Positions 29,967 to 37,181 of a stretch of DNA of 64,000 nucleotides are shown one piece after another. The first letter of the stretch is position 1; every line of letters starts with the position of its first letter. The position numbers were made by a program, and so were the translations under genes. Source of the stretch: Dehalococcoidales bacterium (GTDB lineage Bacteria; Chloroflexota; Dehalococcoidia; Dehalococcoidales; RBG-16-60-22); assembly GCA_034432135.1 (NCBI GenBank), contig DAOUCO010000116.1, positions 2,310 to 66,309 on the forward strand, read 5' to 3'. The notes under the pieces were generated by a model, which saw only the letters and a program-made list of their open reading frames with translations, did not search any database and was not told the DNA's origin.

Positions 29967-30632
29967 CTATTTAATGTATATAATCTTAGAACCTACCTTT
30001 TTAATTTTTAAAGAACACTGCCGGTTAATAGTTGGGTCAGTTACTGATTGCCACATTTTCCATAAAGCAGGGAGGAAATCTTTGAATGTGCTGACTTCAG
30101 CGATATTATGTGCTCTCCAGCCTCCGCCAGTGGGCTTCTTCCCACTAGGGTGTTTCATTACGGAGCCTGATGGAGGAATACCGCCTGGGGGAGGACCACT
30201 GCCCGGCGGTGGTTCTGGAAATCCATGCATGCAGGAACGCATCTTGCACCCACCGGGAATGGATTCCCATTGATGGGAAAGCATTACCATAGCTCTTGTG
30301 CCCGGCTGTGCGCCAGTTGAACCTGCAGTTAGGAGATGTTCATAAGTCCAGAAATCTTTTTGTTCTTCAGTCCCAATATTAGGATCCACCCACTCGATAC
30401 GGAGATTCATTATGGGACCATAATCAATACTCTCGGTGGCAATCTGGACAGCACCGATATGACCACTTATGGGTGGTTTAATTTCCCATCTGAACCCTTT
30501 GTGTTCATCAGGACACCACAACTCATAGCCTTTTTCCATATTCACCCACCACCAATCAAGCATTTCCGCTGTCACTCCGGGGATTATATGATCGACAACT
30601 ATCCATCCTTCAAGAAATTTTTCTTCACTCAT
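29967..30632 (-). CDS. Hypothetical protein, possibly DAPG/phloretin-hydrolase-like, with Pro/Gly-rich insert
   Basis: 221 aa with a Trp-rich N-terminus (LDWWWVNMEKGYELWCPDEH). It has H58...E89 and an H175-x3-E179 pair. The P/G-rich stretch is PEPPPGSGPPPGGIPPSGS. The family assignment is from memory only. Confidence 0.4.
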   Translation of the reverse strand: MSEEKFLEGWIVVDHIIPGVTAEMLDWWWVNMEKGYELWCPDEHKGFRWEIKPPISGHIGAVQIATESIDYGPIMNLRIEWVDPNIGTEEQKDFWTYEHLLTAGSTGAQPGTRAMVMLSHQWESIPGGCKMRSCMHGFPEPPPGSGPPPGGIPPSGSVMKHPSGKKPTGGGWRAHNIAEVSTFKDFLPALWKMWQSVTDPTINRQCSLKIKKVGSKIIYIK

Positions 30633-31098
30633 TTTTTCTTTACCTCCTCAAATATTTATTCACACACTTAGGTCTAATACTGCTGAAGAATTTACTTGAA
30701 TTATATATATGCCTCGTCTCACGCTTGACAAAAATTTAAAGAGATAATATTATTTTAGATAATCATATAATATTAAATATAATAAATCAAGTATGATATG
30801 CAATGTGACATTTTAATTTAAAAATAAGCAAAATTTTATCTCACCATTCGTGTTGTTATTACCTAAAAACTAAAAAATGTTACTGGATATTCTCCGCATT
30901 AATGACGATGGTTATAGAAATTGTATACACACTGCAGAGCCCAATTCTCGGAAGTATCTTCCAAATAATTCTCAGCTATATATTTTCGCTGAATTTGTGC
31001 TAGGTTAATATTGTTATTTTTTGTTTTCCGCATATAAAAAGAGATGGCGAAAAAAAAGCAATCCTATATATAAATAATACTAAAGGAAGAGGACGAAA

Positions 31099-31863
31099 AT
31101 GAGCAAAATGTTTGATTTAAGCGGTAAGGTAGCCATAGTGGTTGGCGGACACGGCGGCATCGGTAAAGCTATTGCGTTAGGACTTGCAGATGCCGGGACC
31201 GATGTAATCGTTGCCAGCCGCAACTTTGATGCTTTAAAAGCCGTTACTAAAGAAATTGAGGCCAAGGGGAAAAAATCGTTGGCGGTTTCTGTCGACATAG
31301 TAGATGAGAAACAGGTTAGCGCGATGGTGGAAAAAGTCCTAAAAGTTTTTCCCCACATCGATATCCTGGTAAACTCGGCCGGGCTAGCCATTCGCAAACC
31401 GGCTGATACTTTCCCCATCGACGAATGGCAAAAGGTGATGGATATCAATACCCGCGGCACATTCCTCTGTTGCCAAATGGTCGGGCGGGTGATGATAAAA
31501 CAGAAGAGTGGTAAAATAATAAACATTTCTTCTGTCAGGGGTAGATATGGACTGCCGTCCGGTTACGCGGCTTATTGCCCCAGCAAGGGCGCCGTTGATA
31601 CTCTCACCCGTACTTTAGCCTGCGAATGGGCCAAAAGTAACGTACTTGTCAACGCCGTAGCCCCCACGGTGGTAGAAACGGAGCTAACTAAAGATTTACT
31701 CGCCGATCCAGAGTATGCCAAGACGATGAAGTCACGTATCCCGATGGGTAAATGGGCACTTCCAGAAGATATCGTAGGCCCTGTTATTTTCTTTGCTTCT
31801 GATGCATCCAATTTTGTGACTGGGCAGATTCTGTACGTTGATGGTGGTGTAACTACCTGGTAG
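31099..31863 (+). CDS. Short-chain dehydrogenase/reductase
   Basis: GGHGGIGKA cofactor motif, catalytic YxxxK (YCPSKGAV), 254 aa. Confidence 0.85.
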   Translation: MSKMFDLSGKVAIVVGGHGGIGKAIALGLADAGTDVIVASRNFDALKAVTKEIEAKGKKSLAVSVDIVDEKQVSAMVEKVLKVFPHIDILVNSAGLAIRKPADTFPIDEWQKVMDINTRGTFLCCQMVGRVMIKQKSGKIINISSVRGRYGLPSGYAAYCPSKGAVDTLTRTLACEWAKSNVLVNAVAPTVVETELTKDLLADPEYAKTMKSRIPMGKWALPEDIVGPVIFFASDASNFVTGQILYVDGGVTTW

Positions 31864-31895
31864 ACAATAATCATTACCAGAAAAGGAGAGATAAA

Positions 31896-32834
31896 ATGAG
31901 AAAAAAAGTATTTGTTGATTTAACGCATCCCTTTAGTGCAGAAATTCCCCGTTGGCCTTATTTTGATAAGCCAGTAATCGATAACGCCCATACCATGGCT
32001 AAAGGCGGCATTCTAACCCAGAAGATTACCTGCGTCATGCACGCCGGCACACATTGCGATGCTCCCCGTCATGTTATGGAAATTGAGTTTGATGGCAAGA
32101 GAGCACGCTACACCCATGAAATGCCGGTTGATGCTTACACTGGCGATGCCGTCTGCCTTCCCATTGAAATAGAGCGCTGGGGATTGATTGGCCCGAAACA
32201 TCTTGAATCTGCCTGTGAAAAAGTAGGCATCAAGCCGGATGAACTGGAAGGTATGGTCATCTGTCTAAATACAGGTATGCATCGCAAGTTTGATGATTCA
32301 AAAGAGTATTATCATTATTCTTGCGGTACGGGTGTCGAAGCCGGCAGATGGTTTGTAAAGCACAAGGTTAAGTGTGTCGCCATGGATATGCAGGCTTTAG
32401 ACCATCCTCTCCATACTGCTATGGGCAATAACGGTATGACTCGTATGAACTTGATTGGCGCTTCCGGCAAACCTATCACGGAAGAGTACACCGAGCAGTT
32501 CGGTGAAGAGGCTTATGCTGAATTTGATAAGTTTACTTATATCAAGCTTTTCGGCAAAGAAGCTTATGATAAAAAGTTCGGTGATCTGGAAGCCATCGGC
32601 TGCTGGGGTACCTGGGAGCCATGCCATAAATTAATGCTGGGTCATGGGATTGTCGGGATTGAAAATCTCGGCGGTGACTTGGATAAAGTGTCCGGTAAAC
32701 GCTTTAGATTCTATTGTTTCCCTCTCCGCTGGTACATGGGCGACGGTTCGATGGTGCGTTGCGTTGCGGAAATCGATAAAGATGATTTGAATGATGTTCC
32801 TGATAGAACCTATACTTACGGCGGATGCATATGA
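31896..32834 (+). CDS. Cyclase-family metal-dependent hydrolase (kynurenine-formamidase fold)
   Basis: HAGTHCDAPRH matches the HxGTHxDxPxH cyclase-family motif. Confidence 0.75.
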   Translation: MRKKVFVDLTHPFSAEIPRWPYFDKPVIDNAHTMAKGGILTQKITCVMHAGTHCDAPRHVMEIEFDGKRARYTHEMPVDAYTGDAVCLPIEIERWGLIGPKHLESACEKVGIKPDELEGMVICLNTGMHRKFDDSKEYYHYSCGTGVEAGRWFVKHKVKCVAMDMQALDHPLHTAMGNNGMTRMNLIGASGKPITEEYTEQFGEEAYAEFDKFTYIKLFGKEAYDKKFGDLEAIGCWGTWEPCHKLMLGHGIVGIENLGGDLDKVSGKRFRFYCFPLRWYMGDGSMVRCVAEIDKDDLNDVPDRTYTYGGCI

Positions 32835-32891
32835 AGTGACTACATTGCTGTTTATTTACCCCGGGCTTTCAAAACTAAATGCAGAGGATAT

Positions 32892-33230
32892 ATGAAGAAA
32901 TTCAGTTTAACGAATGCAAAGCCTTACACGGCCGCCAAACATTTCAATATGACGGCTATGCGGCTCCAGGGAAAAGATGAGACTGGCATCCAAAAGTTCT
33001 GGGTCGGTTTATCCTATTTCCTACCAGGTGGAGGTGCCGAATGGGCTTATGAAGATAACCCTAATGAGAAGGTTTATCTAGTCTTAGACGGAGAAATCAC
33101 TGTAAGAACTAAAAAAGAAGAAATTACCCTTGGGCCGATGGATTCTGTCTATCTGGCTCCAAACGAAGGCAGGGAAATAATCAATAAGACCAATAAACCA
33201 GTAACGATGCTGGTAATAATAAATTATTAA
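32892..33230 (+). CDS. Cupin domain protein
   Basis: 112-aa beta-barrel pattern with ...FLPGGGAEWAYED...VYLVLDGEITV.... Confidence 0.65.
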   Translation: MKKFSLTNAKPYTAAKHFNMTAMRLQGKDETGIQKFWVGLSYFLPGGGAEWAYEDNPNEKVYLVLDGEITVRTKKEEITLGPMDSVYLAPNEGREIINKTNKPVTMLVIINY

Positions 33231-33257
33231 CGGCCATAATTCCCGTGAGAAATCTTA

Positions 33258-34499
33258 ATGTTAGAAAAGGAAGCTTGCTCGATGGCTGGATTGCTTGAAG
33301 GGGTAAAAGTAATAGCTTTTGACCAGGTAGTAGCAACACCAGCTGCAACAGCAGTATTAGCAGACTGGGGGGCAGAAGTTATAAAAATCGAGCCCATCTG
33401 GGGTGACTGGCAGAGAAGCTTGGTAAGCTTCAACAGGACTCCACTTATTATAAAAAATGAAAAAGGTGAAATTGAACTCCATTTCGAATTCCTTAACCGA
33501 AATAAGAAAAGCGTAGCCCTGAATTTACGTACACTAAAAGGAATGGAGGTAATGTATAAACTTCTCGAGAATGCGGATGTTTTTACTACTAACTATTCCA
33601 TTGATGTGTTGGAGAAATTCAGATTAACTTATACCGACCTCAAGGATAGATTCCCCGGCTTGATACATTGTCTCCTCACTGGCTATGGGACCAAAGGGCC
33701 AAAAGCCAGAGACCGTGGATACGACTACGTCGCTGCCTGGGCATACGGCGGGCTTATGGGCCTAATCACAGCCGACCCTAATGTTCCGCCGGCGATACAA
33801 CGCCCCGGCATGATGGATATGGTGGCATCAGCCCATATGACCAGCGGTATCTGTGCTGCTCTTTATTACAAACAAAAAACAGGCAGGGGGCAATCCTTGG
33901 AGCTTTCGTTATACCATGCGGCTGTCTGGACCATTGGATTGGATACCCAGATAAATCTTTACGGTTATCCCCCGAAGATATGGGATAGGGTTCATAATCC
34001 GAATCCCATGTATAACTCATATAAAGCCAAAGACAGGTGGATGATGCTGGTGCACCCCAATCAAGAATACTGGGCACAGTTCTGTAGAGCGATTGGCAAA
34101 GAGGAATGGATAAATGACCCTCGCTATAATACCATGGAAAAGAGGGATCAACACGCAGAGGAGTTGATTAAAGAGCTAGACGCTCTCTTCGCCACCAAGA
34201 CCTGGGTTGAATGGGAAGAAAGTTTCAAGGCCAACGACCTTATCGCCAGCGGGACACATCCAATTCCTGAAATTCTGGAAGATGAACAAGCCCTCGTTAA
34301 TAATTTTTTCACGGATATCGAACATCCTATAATGGGAGAGGCAAGATTATTGAATAGCCCGATTCAGTTTAGCGAGACCCCGGCCAAGATCACCAGTATC
34401 GCACCCCAATTGGGCATCCACACCGAAGAAGTGTTACTCAACGCTGGTTACACCTGGGAAGACCTGGAAGAAATGAAGCAACAAAAAGTGATCCCTTAA
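33258..34499 (+). CDS. Family III CoA-transferase (CaiB/BaiF type)
   Basis: LEGVKVIAFDQVVATPAATAVLADWGAEVIKIEP is a typical N-terminus for this family. 413 aa. Confidence 0.85.
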   Translation: MLEKEACSMAGLLEGVKVIAFDQVVATPAATAVLADWGAEVIKIEPIWGDWQRSLVSFNRTPLIIKNEKGEIELHFEFLNRNKKSVALNLRTLKGMEVMYKLLENADVFTTNYSIDVLEKFRLTYTDLKDRFPGLIHCLLTGYGTKGPKARDRGYDYVAAWAYGGLMGLITADPNVPPAIQRPGMMDMVASAHMTSGICAALYYKQKTGRGQSLELSLYHAAVWTIGLDTQINLYGYPPKIWDRVHNPNPMYNSYKAKDRWMMLVHPNQEYWAQFCRAIGKEEWINDPRYNTMEKRDQHAEELIKELDALFATKTWVEWEESFKANDLIASGTHPIPEILEDEQALVNNFFTDIEHPIMGEARLLNSPIQFSETPAKITSIAPQLGIHTEEVLLNAGYTWEDLEEMKQQKVIP

Positions 34500-34536
34500 C
34501 TTACCAAACCAAAACCTTTATCAAAGGGGCAAGAAA

Positions 34537-35331
34537 GTGAGGCTAAAAGATAGAGTAGCCTTGGTCACAGGCGCCAGCCGCGGTATCGGCCGGGCCATTG
34601 CTCTGGCATTGGCTAATGAAGGAGCTGATGTAGCGCTTAATTGCTCGACAACTATAGAGGAAGCCAGAAAAGTCGCTAGGGAAATAGAAAAAGTGGGGCG
34701 GAGAATTTTGGTGGTTCAGGCTGACGTATCCGATAAATCAGCGGTTGATAAAATGTTACAGAAAGTACTTGCACAGTTCGGCAGGATTGATATACTTATC
34801 AACAATGCTGGTATGTCAGTTGTTGGTCCTTCGGCGGAACTGAGAGAAGATATCTGGAGGCGGGGTATTGATGTCATGTTGACGGGTGTTTTCTTTTGCA
34901 GTCAAGCTGTGGGCAGGGAGATGATTAAACAGAAAAGTGGTAAAATCATCAATATAGCTTCAATCAACGGCGTAGCAGCTTTCCCGGAGAGGGCCTGTTA
35001 TTGCAGCGCCAAAGCCGGAGTAATTGCTCTTACCAAAGTGTTAGGGATAGAATGGGCAAAATATAACATCAATGTTAACGCGGTAGCTCCAGGATATGTA
35101 GAGACGGAATTGGTTAATAATCTTGTATCTCAGGGTAAATTGAACATCAAAGAACTGGCAGAAAGAACACCCAGCGGTAAGCTTACGGGTGTGGAAGATG
35201 TTACCGAAGCAGTGCTGTTTTTAACTTCAGAATCATCTAAGAATATTAACGGCCAGACAATTGTTATTGATGGCGGTTGGACGGCTTACGGTTACGTTGA
35301 GTCCTGGCTTCGAAACAAGAAAAAAGTCTAA
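34537..35331 (+). CDS. Short-chain dehydrogenase/reductase (FabG-like)
   Basis: TGASRGIGRAIA, NNAG and YCSAKAGV motifs. It is a paralog of the 31099 gene; both share MIKQKSGKIINI. Confidence 0.85.
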   Translation: MRLKDRVALVTGASRGIGRAIALALANEGADVALNCSTTIEEARKVAREIEKVGRRILVVQADVSDKSAVDKMLQKVLAQFGRIDILINNAGMSVVGPSAELREDIWRRGIDVMLTGVFFCSQAVGREMIKQKSGKIINIASINGVAAFPERACYCSAKAGVIALTKVLGIEWAKYNINVNAVAPGYVETELVNNLVSQGKLNIKELAERTPSGKLTGVEDVTEAVLFLTSESSKNINGQTIVIDGGWTAYGYVESWLRNKKKV

Positions 35332-35375
35332 ATGGAAAAAATAAAAAAGATAAAGGTCTTTTAAGGAGGTAAATA

Positions 35376-36203
35376 GTGACCAGATGGCATGACTATGTAA
35401 TAGAACAGGGTTCATTGCCGGATTGGCCCTACCCGATACGCTTCGGCAAGGAACAGGAAATCGAAGTTGATGTCCTTGTAGTGGGGGGTGGTATTGCCGG
35501 CTGCTGGGCAGCCATTGCCGCCGCCAGAGAAGGGTTAAACGTAGCAATTATAGAAAAAGGTGATGTGCAGCGTAGCGGAGCCGGCGGACCAGGCTGTGAT
35601 CACTGGTGCAATGCTCCGGCAAATCCTCTTTCCAACGTAGACCCGGATGAGTGGGCAATACATATGACCGAACGCCCTTACTCCAATGGCATCGGTATTC
35701 AAATACAGTGCAGAGAAAACTGGGACACTTTGCAAGAAATGGAAATGATGGGCGGTAAAATCCGTGATACGAATGATGAATATAAAGGCGCTAAAGGTCG
35801 AGATGAAAAAACTAAGTTAATGATTTCACCGCGTTATACCAAAATACATAGTTATGTTCTTGATTATGAGAAAATCGGCCCGCCCAAGTCAGGTGATAGA
35901 TTGAATAACGTGGTCATCAGGGTCTGGGGAAGCACATTTAAACCGGCGCTTAAGAAAGAATGTAAACGGCTTGGCGTAAAAATATTCGACCGTGTTATGG
36001 GGACAGCATTGCTTAACGAAAACGGTATCCAAGGAGGCAGGGTGATAGGCGCGATGGGTTTTAATAATCGCACTGGCGAATTCATGATTTTTAAAGCCAA
36101 AGCAACTATCTTGTCGACAGGAGGCAGCGGATCAATGTGGATGATGAGCACCGAGTTATGCGGGTACTCCAACATGATGTCTCGTCCTGCCACTGGATGG
36201 TGA
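35376..36203 (+). pseudogene. 5' fragment of an FAD-dependent oxidoreductase (AprA/FrdA-like), truncated at about 36180
   Basis: The N-terminal dinucleotide fold DVLVVGGGIAGCWAA is present, but only about 270 codons remain. The ORF ends in junk (SRPATGW) where it collides with the antisense helicase fragment. Confidence 0.7.
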
Positions 36204-36705
36204 GCGCCGCCGGCACAATTATAAGGACCCGCTCCAGAGCGTTCCTCATCTTGAGCTCTTTCATGAGTAGACCGGTCATAATGGTTTTGCCAGCACCGGG
36301 GTCGTCTGCTAGCAGGAATCGCAGACGAGCCTGAGGTAACATTTTCCCGTATACCGCCTCAATCTGGTGCGGCAGGGAGCGAATACCGGAAAGGCTTACG
36401 GCAAATAGCGGGTCATACGCATATGCCAAGGCGATACGGTGGGATTCAATGAGCAAGCGTAGGTCTTGAGCGGAGGCTAATTGTACTATTTGCTGTGGCG
36501 TAGAGACCAAGGTTTTAAGTAAGCCCTCGGCTTCCTCGGCTGTAAGGAATGTTTCCTTGATTGTGCCATCATCTGCTCGTACCTGGAGTGCCAGCAATTT
36601 CCCCAAAGGCTTTACCGCCTCTACCAGCACCGGGTACGGGAAGTGGCTTTCCAGCATAATCTTCTGGCCGACTAAAGCCTTGGTTCTATCCGCTGTCTCA
36701 GACAC
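36181..36705 (-). pseudogene. 5' fragment of an SNF2/DEAD-like helicase, truncated after motif I/Ia
   Basis: Sequence reads ...LPHQIEAVYGKM...FLLADDPGAGKTIMTGLLMKEL...VLIIVPAALTIQWQDE. Coherent sequence then stops. Track ORF 36106..36705 continues as nonsense through the opposing FAD gene. Confidence 0.7.
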
Positions 36706-36904
36706 TGCTGCGTTTTCTCCCTGGCTTACCCTTCGTATTAACAGGCTGATTTGGTGTGGTTGAGGATGGCAAAGGTGGGTTACGCTCTACATATTCCTCC
36801 AGGGCTTTGACCATTAGCTCTCTCATAGGAATGCCCTCATCAATAGCCCGGCGTTTAAGGTTTTTGTGCAGACTGTCTTCTATACTGATGCGTACGTGCC
36901 CCAT
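36698..36904 (-). CDS. Ribbon-helix-helix (CopG/antitoxin-like) protein
   Basis: MGHVRISIEDSLHKNLKRRAIDEGIPMRELMVKALEEYV is an RHH fold pattern. Its stop overlaps the helicase start by 8 nt. Confidence 0.65.
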   Translation of the reverse strand: MGHVRISIEDSLHKNLKRRAIDEGIPMRELMVKALEEYVERNPPLPSSTTPNQPVNTKGKPGRKRSSV

Positions 36905-36933
36905 TCATATCACCTTTGACACCTTCATCACGA

Positions 36934-36963
36934 ATGTTATGCTCTAGTAGTGGGCTTTGTCAA
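36934..36963 (-). promoter_or_regulatory. Putative sigma-70-type promoter for the RHH-helicase unit
   Basis: On the minus strand: TTGACA (36958-36963), 18-nt spacer, TAACAT (36934-36939). AAGGTGAT precedes the ATG at 36904. Confidence 0.35.
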
Positions 36964-37116
36964 GCACTGAAAGAGAAGCAGACTTTGAATTTTACTGCTG
37001 GTATGACAGCGTGGGCTATGGAAGAATTGTTAATTGTTCTGCAATTATGCTTGGTTTCTACGAAAGATAGAGCATCGTAACTAGAGACCATTAACTGCAA
37101 AAGCTCTCATATGCTC

Positions 37117-37145
37117 TTGTTTTTGTTGAAATCGCTTGCTATAAT
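37117..37145 (+). promoter_or_regulatory. Putative promoter of the HTH-PRTase operon
   Basis: TTGTTT (37117-37122), 17-nt spacer ending in TGc (extended -10), then a perfect TATAAT (37140-37145). AAGGAG (37171-37176) lies 5 nt before the ATG at 37182. Confidence 0.5.
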
Positions 37146-37181
37146 GTAAATACTTCGCCAAAAGTTGACAAAGGAGACCAA

